The notes: generated by a model not told the origin, from the letters alone. 63,844 nucleotides of DNA, filler included, from Neoconidiobolus thromboides FSU 785 (GCA_025603075.1; 5 parts of 5 records of this genome joined end to end with filler, not necessarily neighbours in it), one strand, 5' to 3'; counted from the first letter of the whole stretch, positions 1 to 14,489 are shown. Numbers and translations are program-made.

Positions 1-798
1 TGTGAAATCTGGTACTCAGGGTTTGGAGTCAAAAATAGCTATTGCTGGGTTGCCTACACTATAAGTCGAAAGGCCTTAGTTTATGTGACTAAGATAGGCT
101 TGGATTATGAAGAATAGCATGTAATAGGTTACAGACTATGTAAAACAAATAGAATAGACAATACTAATGTAAAATCTATGTAAAATACTATTAAGAAAAC
201 TTAGTGACTTTATTAAATGTTCGAGATATCACGGAATAATTCAGTTAAAAAGCCTTGAACTACTATACGGGGGTGTTTTTTTGTGTTTAAGAATTTTACT
301 AACAACCTTTCCACTCAAATAGTGCTTAAAAAATGGAAAAAATAATGAAATCAAAAAAAACACTCCCATACTCTAAAATCTCTTTTATACTCTGACAAAT
401 GCAAGTATCAAAGGGAGAAGATAATATTCTTTGGGATGAAGCTAGGAATTCTCTTAGCAAATCAAACTAAGAATGTGGGATCGATTTTCTCTGAACTTGA
501 GAACACAACAGCTTAGACGATTATTATACTATAATTAACCATGGGACTGACAAAGCGATATTTCAGATTATATAATCATATAATTATATATTATATATTT
601 AATAAATATCTAACAGAAATAACATAAAACATATAAGTAGAAAAATTAGCTATTTAACAAAAGGAAACAATTAAAATAAGTTTTAAATAGAAATTTAATT
701 TAGGCTTTTTAGATTTAACCATCACATTAGACATAAATTTAAAAATTTGAAATTTGGATTCTTTTAAGTAAATTCTGAAACCAATCAAGACAACCCCA
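1..798 (-). mobile_element. Composite repeat copy 1 (MITE-like end + TGTG...CACA LTR-like module), interrupted by a MITE at 268-368
   Basis: 1-567 is the reverse complement of 19125-19588; ends at CCCCA-TA (794-800) matching the TGGGGATGTCTT terminus at 18926. Confidence 0.85.
268..368 (+). mobile_element. ~100-bp MITE with TA target-site duplication
   Basis: TIRs (C/T)GGG(G/A)GTG...CACTCCCA; the empty site in the 19125-19588 copy reads ctacTAtactcta, here ctactaTA[element]TActcta. Confidence 0.9.
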
Positions 799-815
799 TA
801 TGATAAAATGTTATA

Positions 816-915
816 CGGGGGTGTTTTTTTTTGACTTTATTATTTTTTTCACCTTTCAAGCACTATTTTAGTAGAAAAGTTGTTAGTAAAATTCTTAAAT
901 GCAAAAGTACATCAT
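816..915 (-). mobile_element. MITE copy
   Basis: reverse-orientation match to the 268-368 consensus. Confidence 0.8.
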
Positions 916-933
916 ATCATATTTTTTACAACA

Positions 934-1033
934 TGGGGGTGCATTTTTGCATTTAAGAATTTTACTAACAATTTTTCCACTCAAACAGCACTTAAAAGAT
1001 GGAAAAAACAATGAAGTCAAAAAAACACTGCCA
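934..1033 (+). mobile_element. MITE copy (inverted pair with 816-915)
   Basis: TGGGGGTGCATTTTTG...AAAACACTGCCA. Confidence 0.8.
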
Positions 1034-1515
1034 TTTATTTAATTTAGGTTTTATTTTTATATCTTTTAAGGTTCAGGTAAATTTTAAACTCTTGAAGTTT
1101 AAAGCCTAGTTTGACTCTTAGCCTACTAAGTGATTAAGATAGATTGATCTATCTGTTTAAATAAACATTTAATTGATAATGTCCAAAAATTACAGCTAAT
1201 AAAAAATTAGCTAATCAGCTAAAATTTTGAACTTTGTTGGTTGAATCTACTTTGACAAATTTACTTCAAAGGATTGACATTATAACCGTGTTTTTTCAAA
1301 ATTAGCGACACTCAAAAGATTAATTTGTAATTTTGTCCCTTTTGTGTTCAGTATAAAATAAAAAAACAAATGGTTAAATATTGAAATAAAAAATTCGTTT
1401 TAATTTTCATTATACTAAAATTAATATCACAGTATTGGTTTATATAAAAAAGCAGTTGTAGCATAACCAACACGTAACATTCAATAAAACCAAAAATCTG
1501 GAAGATATAATTTTT

Positions 1516-3900
1516 TTATTCCTCATCCTTATCGTCTCCATCGGTTTCCTTAGACTCCTCATTATCCCCTTCTTTCTCCTTTGAATTAAACCATTGATGA
1601 GCTTTAGCGAGTAAATTAAATTGAGGTTTAAGAGCTTGGTCATCTGGGAAGATATAGTCAAAGTATTCCACCATTTCTCCATTTTCATTTAATTTTCTTT
1701 TATTCACTATCTCTGGAGTCTTCTTAACTACAGCTTCTAAACTTTCCGAAGTCCCCTTCTCTTTTTCAAATGCTTTCCAGGATTCTAACAGTAAGACTCT
1801 CTAAACGAGTTGTTAGTATATGAGGATTTGTGAATTAAGCTGGAAAGTTAATTTTTTACCTCTTCTTTCAAACCAAGAGATTTCAATTCCTTAAAGGCTC
1901 TATTAAAGACCTCTCGTGTTTTTTCAACATGGTTCACATTTTCTTCTTTATCTTCTGGAATTGATGCTTCAAATTGAGCAAATGAAATCCATACCTAAGT
2001 TAATAATATTGTTAATAATATACAATTAAAAAATCAAAAAAACTTACTTTGACATGCGATGTTTTTTCTAATAGACGTTCATAAAGCTTTCTAGTTTTAT
2101 CAAACTCTTCATTTTCAAATTCAAAATCTAAAATTAAAATTACATATATTATTTTGAACGAATTATACATAATTCACTTACCGATATAAGCTTTCCATAA
2201 TAATTCTGGCATATCTAAATTTGGTAATGAGATAGCTAATTCAAAGATAGCTCTGCAGCGATCCAAATCTAATAAGCCTTTTTCTAATTCGGTTGCATTA
2301 ATCCAAGTGGAGCATAGACTAGGTTCAAATTCTAAGAATTTAGAATATAAAGTTCTCACACGATCAAATTCTCTAAGGGCAATCTCTAGCTCAATATACC
2401 CTTTGAATAATTTAGGTTTTGGACACATGCCAATAGCTCTACCCAAAGTTTTTCTAGCTTGAACCAAATCTTCGTGACGGATTAAAAATTGAGCATACAT
2501 TAACCAAATTTTTGCAAAGGTAAATTTTTTATGAGGGATTAAATCCAAACATGCTTTGTAGACTTCTTTTGCCCTTGGAATATTCTTGGCTGATAATTCT
2601 TCAAATAATACATAATAAATCCAAATATAAATATATCTTCTCCATAATCTTTTTTCCGGTGCTGGTGGTACTTGCGCTATGGCTCTTTCATAAAGTTCTC
2701 GAATTTTCTCAATATCTCCATTTTCTTCTTCTAATCTTAAATAATCAAACCAAATATCATAATTATTTGGATTTTCTTTAATTTCATTTTCATACTGTGT
2801 ACGACGCCTTGATAGTACTAAATTTTCGATTCCTTCTACATTGCCATATCTTTTTTCAAATAATACATATTCTTTATGCAATATATCTGCTTTCGATTTT
2901 GGTACTCTATCTAATGCATATTTAAACAGTATTCTTGCTCTTTCATATTGCTTCATTCTAGCTTCAAATTTAGCAAATGATAAAAAGATTTTGGGTTCAA
3001 TCATATCATCTCCAAAGTAATCAATTGCGCTAGAATATACTTCTCTTGCCATGTCTAAAAACACAATATTAAAAAGCGAATGACATTCGATATTTGAAAT
3101 TACCAAAATTGTTATTATCTTCTTCAAACTTAACCCACTTAATCCAATTTTTAGCTAATGGATGACATTCCACAAAACGTTGGTAAACATTTCTGGCATT
3201 TGAAATTTCATTATACCTCAATTCAAACTTAATATATGCATTCCATCCTGGCTCATCTGGTTCCCATTTAACCCAACGTTCAAAGATAGCTCTAGCTCCA
3301 ATTATATTATCTAACATTTCCTCCATATGAACGTATTTAAACCTAATGTTATGAAAAAAATTAAAATCTTTTAAATCTACAATTCATTAATAATAATTAT
3401 TCCTAAAATTACCAAAACTGATCTACTCTAGGAAGGATGGTAGTACTAGCATCTAGTAAATTTCTAGCTAAATTGATGTTTTTGTTTTTTAACTCCATTT
3501 CCAAATATTTCAATCGAATCGTTACATTCCTTTCATCAACTTCTAAAGCTCGAATATAAACTGAACGGGCTCTATTCAATAGAAAGTTTGTTATCATCTT
3601 TAACAATCCAAAATCTTTATTTTCTTACCTAGCCAATTCATTTTGACTTTCTTCCCAAGCCGCATAACGAATCCAAGAACCAATATTCAATCTATTTTTT
3701 CTAATTGAGTTTTCGAATCCAGTACGTTTTGAAAGTTTATAATCAGCCAATTCTTCTGGATCTGTAATCTTTTGTTTAGGTGGTACTGGAATGCCTTCAG
3801 TACGTTCTTTAGCTTCACGTAAAATTTGTTCGGCTGTAATTTGGATCTCAGCAGCATTCTTATTCTTTACTTTAGGTGGACGTCCTGGCTTTTCGGTCAT
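1516..3900 (-). CDS. CLF1: Pre-mRNA splicing factor Clf1/crooked neck (HAT repeats), 7 exons
   Basis: [22 protein letters not shown]-terminus, [30 protein letters not shown]; GT-AG introns 3572-3628, 3343-3412, 3055-3103, 2128-2181, 1995-2047, 1801-1859 join the ORF pieces in frame. Confidence 0.95.
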
Positions 3901-4199
3901 TTTCGAATTATATTTTTAAAATGAAAAAAAGGTGAGTGGTTAGATTTGAGCTTGAGTTTTTCACAGTGGGAAATTTTGGGATTAATTAAATTGTGATTAG
4001 TATTAAAATGTCAAACAAGTTGTTGATTTTTAATACTTTAAAAAACATAATTTTATAATAAATATAGCAACTATTGATAGCGTCATTGTTACTGATTAAT
4101 TAGGCTCATCCTTTTAATTTAAGCTAAGCATTCGCTTTTACTTATTTTTATTTTTTGAACTCTAATAAAAACCAATACTCTTTAATTAAAAAATTAGTT

Positions 4200-5203
4200 A
4201 TGAGACTGTTCATTTTATTTATCTCCTTTTCAACTTTCATCATCAACGTAACACTGTGCTTTAAACAAGTCAATTTCAAAACTCAAACTCAATCATTGAA
4301 CGAAACCTTACGTTTAAGTGCCTACTTTGCTAATGCAGCATATTGTCCAAAGTGGCTTTTATTGAAATGGAAGTGTGGTAAACCATGTTCAACAATAACT
4401 AAAGGGTTTCGGTTGATTAAGTATTATGAAGATTGGTTATTAGGCTCCTCAGCTTATATCGGAGAAATAGGAAATAAGAATAAAAAAGAAAAACAGTTAG
4501 TAATCGCTTTTAGAGGGTAAGTATTATCATTTATTATTTTTAAAATAAACAAGAATTTAATGAATGATAGCTAACGATTAATAATATTTTTAGGACTCAA
4601 AATTTTCAAGGAATAATGGTTGATTTAGTTGGTAGTAAATTGGATTATTCATTTGAAAATTCAAAAGTCCATTATGGTTTTTTAAAAGCCTATGACCGAT
4701 TAAAAAAACCAATGTTACTCAAACTCACTGAATTATTAACCTCTGAGGAGTATAAAGATGCATCAATATTAATAGTAGGTCATTCCCTTGGTGGTGCCTT
4801 AGGTACATTTATGGGGTTAGATTTAAAATTGAATCTAAAGATGAATAATACCATTACTATCAATACCTTTGGAGCACCAAGGATAGGCGACTTTAACTTT
4901 GCTAAACTTGTTACAAAGACATTTAAGAATAACGATAATGACAATAATAAGTATTCTTTACTCCGAGTTGCTAATACGGATGATATTATAACTCATTTAC
5001 CGTTAAGTAAAAATGGATTTTATCATAATCCACACGAAATATTGTTATTTAATAACAATACCTGGAAAGAGTGTAACGATTTGAGTTTAGATCCTATAAA
5101 TGGATTTGAAGACCCTGATTGCTTAAATACTAGTAAGAATTTAAATCTTTATTCTCATTTAGCTTATTTCGACCTTACTTTTGGATTGGAGTGTACTTTA
5201 TAA
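4200..5203 (+). CDS. Secreted class-3 lipase, intron 4517-4593
   Basis: Signal peptide, AAYC, IAFRG|TQN, VHYGF, GHSLGG nucleophile elbow, TFGAPRIG, DIITHLP. Confidence 0.92.
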
Positions 5204-5383
5204 TAATTTATAAAAACTTAAGTTAATTAATTTTATTTCAAATATAATCGCTTCTATTATATTTTACTTTACATAAAAAATAAATAATTGTTAATCTTAT
5301 TTCATTTTTTTCTATTTATTTGATAAATAATAGAATTATTATTGATATATAAATTAAACGGATTATTATCTAGGTCAAATAGT

Positions 5384-7136
5384 TTATAAGCTGAACAAAT
5401 CCCAATTGTTATTATAATTGGCTAAAAAGGAAGGCTTACTACACTGGTTAAAAGAGTTATAATATTCATAAGGAATCAATTGCTTTACTGGAGCATTGAA
5501 TTCACATATTGGCTCTCTTGTTGACAGTTCATCTATTAAGCTCCAAAATCGCAATTTGTTATCAGTACCACCTATAATTTAATTAGTGTTATATCAATAT
5601 TATATTAACTTACCACAAATTAAAGTATTGGTGTCTTTATGAATCATAAATTTTAAATCGTATAAATACTCATTAGAATATCCGTTAAATTCTTTAATAA
5701 TCTTCAATTCACTATTATTATCCTTGATCATTCTATAGTCATGCATAAATATCTAATTGTATATTATTAATTGGAATTATTATAATAAATAATAGATATA
5801 TTAAATTACTCCACTTTTTACGGATGAACATAATATATTATATGTATTGTATTTTTCAATTTGATTGACTAAATGATCATATTTAATAATTCCTCTGTTA
5901 AATGTTTTCTTTTTTTGTCGTAAATCGTATAGATGTACTATCCCATCTCTACTACCCGATAAAAACAAACTGGGCTAAAAGAATTAAGTAAAAGAACTAT
6001 ATTAATTATAGATACTTACATTATCATTTAACAAAGAAAGACTGCGTGTATCTTTTTTGGAAATTTTATGTGACTTTGTTTGATTTGTAATACTATGATC
6101 CAAATCCAATAATTTAATGCCATTTGAGCATCCCAATATAAAGTTATTGTTATTTATTGCCTCCATACACCAAATACTTGAATCATCTTTATAGCTAAAA
6201 GGTTGCTGTATAGAACCTAAAAAGTCCATTAAGTTTATTACCAGATAATAACAAAACTTTAAATGTATTTAATAGCTACCTAGTCCTGTCATGAAATCAT
6301 TAAATCCTTTAATCAAATGAAACTTTCCCGTTATTTTTGCTTCTCCAAGGCTTGTAAAGCTAACAACTAAAATTAAGTATTTCCACTTCTTAAATCATCA
6401 TCTTCCTTACGCTAAATTATTTTTTATTAATTTTAAACTAGTTATCTAAAAAGAATGTTAATAAATTAACTATAAAAAACAAAAGAATATCACCTGACTC
6501 AAGTCCGAATAAAGTGTATTCGACTGTACGTTTATTTTAGTCTCTTTCTCTAAATCTATATTTGGATTATCAAACTTGATAATTCTAAACAATAAATCAC
6601 TGTCTATAAAAAAACTAATCAAAAACCCTACTTCACTTTTCCTGACGCTGTGCCAATAATAACATATTTTCCAACTGACTAATAAAAAATCGTTATTATC
6701 ACAAGGTATTTAAATAGTGAATCTATCTTATCGTTACCAAACTACATTTTGCTTCTAAATTATTCCCATGAAAACTAACTTTCTTTTTAAACATCGAGCC
6801 CATTTGAGGCTTCAAAAATAGTTCATTAAATCCTATTGCATTAATCTTAACATCCATCTTCCTCCTACCCCAAAGTATACTTTGTAGTCCAGATACATTG
6901 TTAAATGGTATATTCAATTTATCTTTTATAATTAGTTGTCTTTTTCTACTAAGAAGTATGTCAAGCTTTTGTTTTTTGTTTGCTTTTTTTGAGTTTTTGA
7001 TGGAATTGACAGTGTACTGAGGATACTGTCGAGTAGTTGAGGATGATGCTGTTGAGATGTTTGTTGGGCCACCTTGAGTTATTTTGAAATATCGGTTCCT
7101 TTCAGGGTCGAAATAAAAGCCTGGTAAGTCTCGCAT
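5384..7136 (-). CDS. DCAF4: DCAF4/WDR21-like WD40 protein, multi-exon
   Basis: N-terminal LPGFYFDPERNRYFKI motif; last exon GGTDNKLRFWSL ending at TAA 5384-5386; internal exon boundaries not all resolved. Confidence 0.7.
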
Positions 7137-7823
7137 TTTTTTGAGTGAGGTTTATCAAAGTTCGAAAAATAAAATTGAAGGATTGGATTTTGAAAATAAA
7201 TTAATTTTAGAAATAAATGTTTAATTTTATTTTATTAAATCAAACTAGATTGTGATATTTGCAAAACGATTTGGTTATTTTTCTAGTAAATGTAATATTG
7301 GGGGTAATTTAAAGATAACAAGATTCAAAATTAATATATAAGTCAGTTAAAAATGATGTTTTTATATTCTCTATTTTTTCTTTATTCATAAATTACATTA
7401 ACATACTGTTATTAATTTTTATAGCATTTTGCATAAATCTGTTTTATGAAAACTCACATTTCATGACAAGATGCTAAAAATCCAGTCACTTGCTACTGTT
7501 GTGAAATATGTAAGCATTAAATAAAAAACAAAATTACACTAATCACTTAAATTGTCTAATTTGGTAAATTTTAGCTCAATCTTCACCATGAAATTTAAAT
7601 AGCTAAGAAATGAAAAAATTAAGCAACCAATTTTTTTGAACTTTACCTACATTATTTAAGTTTTTCAGTTTTTATAACTTGCTATATTAGTTATTGTAAA
7701 AAATTTTGATATGCGGCCTGTTACTTATTGATTTATATGGTAGCTTCTGAGCCATTAGTATTATTATAATAGTTTAATCGTTTTGGCGCGTTATTAGCAT
7801 ATTTATGTCATAGAATCAATATA

Positions 7824-7924
7824 CGTGGATGTATTTTCGTGTTCAAGAATTTTACTGACATTTTTTCCGCTTAAATAGCGCTTAAAAAATGGAAAAAGTA
7901 ATGAAGTCAAAAAAAATACCTCCA
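7824..7924 (+). mobile_element. MITE copy
   Basis: TA-CGTGGATGTATTT...ATACCTCCA-TA. Confidence 0.85.
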
Positions 7925-8513
7925 TATGATTGATAGGTTCCTAGGATTGTTTTAAACTTTCATTTAGCAATCCATTTGCTAATATATTTATCAGGTAGTT
8001 TCTGAGTCATTGCTATTGATATAGTGGCTTAATGATCCTGGTGTAGTGCTAACACTTTTATGCGATGTAGTCATCACTATAGAACTTATGGGCTACAAAT
8101 ACCTGTTTTAGAAGCAAGTAGCCGTTAAGGGCTAGCTTTAATATAAACTCGGGATATATACTAAGGCGTAAAGCTTCAAAGTTGAGTATAAGGCAATTAC
8201 TGATTGATCATACTGTTTAGTATTTTGGTCAACATATATTAATCTATTTACTATTTACAATATGAACCTTGATTTTTTCCGCTTGATTTATGCTAATCTT
8301 AATTTTGTTAAAAAAATATTAGATTATAATATTCGATTCTCACTTTAGTTTGAATATGTACCCCTATTTACCTTACTCGCTTTTGAAACATAAAAAAATT
8401 ATTTTATATAAATAAATAAATATATTTTTAACTAGTAATAAGGCCATAACATTTGAATTTTTGATTTAAAATTTTGTTTTGAATAAAAACAGAACAAAGA
8501 AATACTATTAATA

Positions 8514-10020
8514 TGAATATGATTTATAAAACAAATATTTGAACAGTCGTATTATTATTTTTATCAACGAATGTAATAAAAAGCAAGTTTGGAGATATTA
8601 AAAAGGAAAGTAAGAAACTTATAGAGCATAGTGCTACGTTATATGACCAAATTATAGCTCATGATGTAATCAAATGGAGAGGATTAATGGTAAAGAGGAA
8701 GTAAATTGAAACGAAGCATCTGAGCAACAGTCCTATTTTAACCAACTTTGACTATAAATCTAAATCAAATTTATTCAATTAAGAGTTTAACAAAGAATGT
8801 TGTAGAGAATAAAATTTTAATATTGTAATATCACTAGATAAGTTTCATTCAAATAAAAAGGTTAAAGACAACCTAAAACAATATTCTCAGTCATTTATAG
8901 TTAATTTAGATGCAAAAAAGCTGATGGTTAAACCAAATTAATATCATAAAATGAAACGACTTTTAGCGGGAGATTGGTAATAGTACAACTAATGAATCAT
9001 CATTTCTTTATAGAGGTTGGTTTTTTGATTTGAAGCTAAAACTTCTGCGCTAATCAGTTAAACTAAAGTTTCCATATATATGAATATCCCGATGTGCTAA
9101 TAAGTATATTTTCAATAATTCAACCTTTTTAATGCTCTTTATACATATATTACAGCTTATTATTGGTATAAGTATACCTGGTGGTGTATCTCAAGGCAAT
9201 CTTTTTAATAATAACCTATATGAGAAAATCTAAGAAGTCAAATTCGTCATACAAAATAAATAATAGTAAACCTCTTTTTTTATACATCCTCGATCCTATT
9301 TCCATAGATAATTATATTCGAAGCGAAGGGTTGTAATGATTTAGTAAGAGCACGGCATTGATCGGAATACTTATCTGGCTTGAATGTGTATTAGTTTATG
9401 GTGATACATCCAAATTGGATGGCTATAGGATTTTTTATAATAATATTCAATTGCTAAACTTGAGCAATTTGAAATATACAAATGTTATTGTTGCTTAAAT
9501 CAAGATATTTTTAGCATTAATAAGGCAAAACATTGAAGCAGTCGAAGACAAATCAATTTCATCTTATTGGAATGATAATTACTGTAGTAAAAACGATAAT
9601 ATAAGATTATTGCATTTGATTTAGAATCTCTTGACCTAGTAAAAAATGCAATGAAGTTAAGAGTTACAATTAAACCAATAGTGAAAAAAAAGAATGGGAA
9701 ACTTGTCTATTTTTAGTGTTTTTTCCTCAGTATAAAGCAAGGACTTATGCTAATAAAAAAATACTAAAAATAGGATGTTCAATGGAAACAATAGCTCAGA
9801 AATCGATTAGTTTATAAGAATTTTAATTGGAGCGGCTTGATTATTTGTTACCACTTACGGGTTATACTGTAATTATAAAGAAAAAAAGATCAAAACAGTT
9901 TAACTCCACCTTCCCCTCCTTTAGACTCAGTAGAATTATCACCTTTTAATAAAAAAATAGATAAATATGGTATCTGAGAGCCAAATCCTTATTAGACCAA
10001 TTCTTCAACAATAATTTAAA
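8514..10020 (+). pseudogene. Degenerate paralog of the kelch-like membrane protein gene at 11273-12032
   Basis: 9445 IQLLNLSNLKYTNV vs IQLLNLTNWQWTKI; gatttagaatctcttgacctag vs gatttaaaaacacttgacctag; many stops and frameshifts; ends approximate. Confidence 0.7.
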
Positions 10021-10762
10021 GTATGAATCAAGTTAACTTATGATCCAGCACATCTTTTCCATAATGTTACCACTGTTTTATTAATAATAAATTAACCAAA
10101 ATAAACTCAAACAAGGGGAAAGCTATGTTTAATATCAATTTGAATATAGCTTATGTTGTTTTTATTTATTTGATAATCAAAATAGACAAATTTCCTTTTA
10201 TAACACTTACTGCTATTAGAATATATCTAGCCCAAGGTAGGCTCAAGGATATAATTAATTAAGATCTTCCTTTATTCAATTAAGATAATTCAAATACATA
10301 TTAGAATGTGCCTTCTGACAATTCAACAATTCGATGATAAAATATTCTTTGCTTTTAAATTATAGCTATAACAGTTTTTTATCATTTTGATCAAGATTAC
10401 ATCTTCCTCACCTTTTAGATTTTACATTAAGTTGACTCTTGATCAAAAATTATTATGAGTATCAAATCATAACAATTGTATTTTGAAAATAATCAATTAT
10501 ACATTCCTTTAATTTGGTTTGCAAATGCTAAGTTAGTTAGCATAACAAAAAAAATAAATTAGGAAATATAGATTTGAATCTGAATTTAAAAAGTATAAAA
10601 AGAAACAATATCACTTTTAAAAAAATTATAAACTTACCTTTATTATTTACCCAAGGAACGTTTATTGAATATACTCAATCGTTTATATTGTTTGATTAGC
10701 TATTAAGAATAATAGCCCTTGGTACAATCTGGCATATTCTTTTATCTTTTATCTTTTACAAA

Positions 10763-10861
10763 TGGGAGTGTTTTTTGATTTCGTTATTTTTCCCATCTTC
10801 TAAGGCACTATTTAGGCGGAAAAATTGTTAGCAAAATTCTTAAACATAAAAATACAGCCCT
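10763..10861 (-). mobile_element. MITE copy
   Basis: TGGGAGTGTTTTTTG...AATACAGCCC. Confidence 0.85.
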
Positions 10862-11272
10862 AACAGTTTAATGAAATGTTAAAGGGATTATGTTGGTAAT
10901 TGCAAATTTATCACAAGAAATGTTTCAAGTTTGAGTTCACTAGTTATAGTGGATGCTCATAAAATAGAAATATAAAACAGAAGTCATTTATTAATTGTTT
11001 TACGAGTTTATTTGTTAAACGTAGATATATAAATAAAATGCTTCAAGGAAATTAATACTAAGTTTAAAATTGCTGTAAAGTGGTTCAAAAAACAAATTAA
11101 TAATAGTTATTTTTTTCAATTTATCAAAAAACAATATTCAAGTTTTAGAATTTTAAAATATTTAAGTCGAACTTATTAGTGTATAAACAAAAAAATCAAA
11201 AAAAAAGGAAAACAATAAAATAATTATTTACTTATATAAAATAAAGGATAAAATAGTAGCTAATGATAGTTG

Positions 11273-12032
11273 CTAAAAGCCACTAGTTGCATTAATAATA
11301 GTGTCATCTGTAATGGAATCAATATTAGAAGCAGTTGTCTCTTCACTTGAGTTTATTTTAGTAGATCTAGTAGACAAAGGAAGTGAATTATTGCAACGAA
11401 ATAATATTACTGGTTCATTAAAATGACTTAATTCATTTTCCAGACTATGAATTGAATTGGCATAATGAGAGTCCAAATCCCAAATCCCATATTCATCACC
11501 ATTTTTGGTATTAGGTAAAGATAGATTTAATGACGATAAAAATGTAGAAGGTGGGTTTGATCCAAGCATATTACATTTTTTATACCATTTCCATTTTTTG
11601 TATCTATTTGTAAAATAATAACAAAGAGTGATCAATATAATAGTAAATAAAATTACTCCGATTATGATTCCAGCAATATCAGAGGTATTCAAATAATGTG
11701 TTAGTTTTAATTTATATGGGTCTACATAATAATTCATAGCTTCATCTGATGTATATAGTTGATCGAAATCTTCATTCTCCTTTTTTGTTGCTGGTCCAAT
11801 TGTGTTACTTAATTTGATTGTTTTCTTCTCTAGGTCAAGTGTTTTTAAATCAATTGCAATGATATCATATTGACTGTCGCTGTTATTGATATCTCCATAA
11901 AAGAACACAACTTTATCATTGATTAGCTCGCTTGAATGCCATGCTCTACCAATGTCAAATATCATGTTATCAAAGTCAATAATGTCGATTTTTGTCCATT
12001 GCCAATTAGTCAAGTTCAATAGCTGAATATCG
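11273..12032 (-). CDS. Kelch-like beta-propeller single-pass membrane protein, 5' part lost at contig end
   Basis: GRAWHSSELINDKVVFFYG kelch-like repeat; TM segment IAGIIIGVILFTIILITLCYYF followed by a basic stop-transfer; frame open to the gap. Confidence 0.65.
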
Positions 12033-12132
12033 NNNNNNNNNNNNNNNNNNNNNNNNNNNNNNNNNNNNNNNNNNNNTTAATTAATTAANNNNNNNNNNNN
12101 NNNNNNNNNNNNNNNNNNNNNNNNNNNNNNNN
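12033..12132. other. Artificial contig linker (N44-TTAATTAATTAA-N44, stops in all six frames)
   Basis: Same cassette recurs four times. Confidence 0.97.
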
Positions 12133-12150
12133 CATAATTAATAATAATAC

Positions 12151-12375
12151 TTACCCAACTTTTGGAACTTGAATTTCAGTTTTAAAAGTATAAGCTTTGT
12201 TAATTGGGGTGACTTTAAAGTTACCATTGACATCACGGATAGCTTTTGAGTTACGATAAACATAGTTGGAAATTATGTGCTCGTCAGTATAGACAGTATT
12301 CTCAGAATCTACTTTAACCTTAAGGGGTTCAGTAGTTTCTGGAACATTATTGTAAATTAAATTTGCTGGTGACAT
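12151..12375 (-). CDS. INO1: Myo-inositol-1-phosphate synthase, first exon only (rest beyond contig end)
   Basis: VTPINKAYTFKTEIQVPKVG matches the region just before the INO1 GWGGNNG NAD-binding motif; followed by donor GTAAGT. Confidence 0.8.
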   Translation of the reverse strand: MSPANLIYNNVPETTEPLKVKVDSENTVYTDEHIISNYVYRNSKAIRDVNGNFKVTPINKAYTFKTEIQVPKVG

Positions 12376-12789
12376 TTTTAAAATATAAGTTGCTTCAAGG
12401 AAGAGTTGGAATTCTACTTATTTGTTTTAGGTTTGGTACCGACTCTTTTATGGCCTCGAAACGGGTTATGTAAAGAAGATAGTAAGTTAGCGAACGTGTT
12501 GGCTTTAATAAAACTTCAAAAAGGTAATACTTTTTTGAAGTTTGGATGAAAGTTGTATAAAGTCTCTTGTCTATAAAATAATGATTATATACTTTTGAAA
12601 ATCGTACGTTACTCTTTATTGGTTCATGTGTTTCAATTTTTCTCTTAGCCATGAGTTTCGAAAATTTCAGTTTAATTTTGGGGTTCATGGCAAATAGGCC
12701 AATCATTGACCATATGTTATTTGAAGAATATTTTCAAAAAATATAAAATAATTGATGATATCTCATAATATTTAACATAGTTTACCTTA

Positions 12790-13107
12790 ATGTCATCAAA
12801 AGCAAAGCTAACATTTGCCGCTTCAATAACGTTTGCAGTAATTACTGTCGTAGGTGTTCATTATATGCAGATAGAAGAAAGATTTGTAAGTAAAGATTAT
12901 ATGATTATTATAATTTCAGAAACTACTCTATATTCAATTTTATAAGAACAAATACTTACGTATGTATTTTAGATAATGCGTGAAGGTCCAAGAAGAGATG
13001 ATGAAAAGGCCAAAATAAAAAGACAGAATCAGTTGGATTTAGAATATCAGCAGAAACTACAAAGAGAACTAGAAAAGGATCAAAACGTTTCAGCCACGAG
13101 CAATTAA
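12790..13107 (+). CDS. PET117: Cytochrome c oxidase assembly factor Pet117, intron 12886-12972 (not in ORF track)
   Basis: MSSKAKLTFAASITFAVITVVGVHYMQIEERF|IMREGPRRDDEK... Confidence 0.85.
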
Positions 13108-14489
13108 ACTTATTAACCATGAATGAAATATAACTTTAAAAATAGATTCAATCATCATTTTTATAATAGATTTTACCACATATATAAAATAAAATATTAA
13201 ATTTTATTTAAATTACAAACAGTCATTAGAAACTTTGTTATATAGATAGTAAGAATTCTAAAAGTAAAAAGTATTTTTGGTATAGCATAGTATTCCTCTT
13301 TTTATTTGAACTTTTTTTATTAAGTAGGTAATTTAAAGGCGAAATAAGTAGTGATATGAATTTGCTTTAAAATTAGTTGCTGTATCTAAAATATATTGAT
13401 CTGAGTAATCTTTCTAATTTTTATAGTTTTAACTACAACATTATGTTAAATATAAAATTACAATCAATATATTTTAAATTACCTTTTTCAACAAAATCTT
13501 GAAAAGAATCAAACTAGAATATTAAGTTAATATTCAATATCTTTATTGATTTTCTATTCAAATATAACATTGTAGATAATTTTCTATCTCAGACCTAACA
13601 TCTTTTTTTATTTGTTAGATATAAAAATCCAATGATCCCATTACTTATCAGTTTATAGGATGCTTGATAAAATATATACTATGACATGAATATTAACTTT
13701 AAATTTCACACTTATTATTATAGTGACTTTGTCATGTAAATAAAAAGGATACTTTGAACTTTTAATTTTTGACACTTTATTCATTCCTACAAAGATATGT
13801 TAGGATAAATCAATTTTAAATGCAAATAGCTCTGACTTTGAGTATCTCTTTCCATTTTATCTATAAATTATTTAATTTTATTCATTGAAATATTAAATAA
13901 AGCTGTAACTAATATTTCTAATATTTAATATTATACTTATAATAAACGAGTTTAAATTATTACGCAAATGTTACAATTCAAACAAGGAAATTAATAAATC
14001 ATTTTTTGTCTATTTATATCTACCAATCAAATAAGTTTTGTAAATTGGTGCTTTGTAAATAAGCTGTAATAAAAATGTATTTGTTTCATTTAATGTATTT
14101 TAACCAATAGCTGCCATTTCTATTAGAAATCTTTTAAATTAATTTCAGTTAAATTTAAGTTTCATTTTAGTCTATTTGGTTCAATTTAACGGAATCTATT
14201 TTATTCTCGATTTCATCAAATTCATTTATTTGACGATAAACTAATTAATACTAGTAGTGTAGCCAAAACTAAATGCTATATTGATCATCTTTTCATAATA
14301 TTCATTTTTTTGTTTTGTTTATGGATTAGAAAATACTGCTTTTTGAAATTTTTATTTAAACATATTATCACCTAATATTAAAGAGCATTTAGATTTACAT
14401 ACTGTTACTTTGATAAATAGAATTGAACCTCAAGATTAGTATATACTTATCTTTCATACAAAGAACCTCATTAATACAAATTAAGTTAT

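Noticed and set aside
1-12. Window starting exactly at the TGTGAAAT repeat end as a chromosome or element boundary
   Set aside because: Cannot be separated from a contig break at a repeat or from window placement.
7640-8260. Short imperfect direct repeat (tagcttctgagccatt 7741 / tagtttctgagtcatt 7996) around a MITE
   Set aside because: Too short and degenerate to define an element without other copies.
12077-12088. TTAATTAATTAA palindrome repeated four times inside N runs
   Set aside because: Artificial six-frame-stop linker; it also creates the false ...XXXLIN ends of ORFs 40611 and 50383. Adjacency across linkers is not evidence of linkage.
12395-12706. 103-aa ORF upstream of INO1
   Set aside because: Non-ATG start, no recognisable motif; probably promoter/UTR sequence open by chance.
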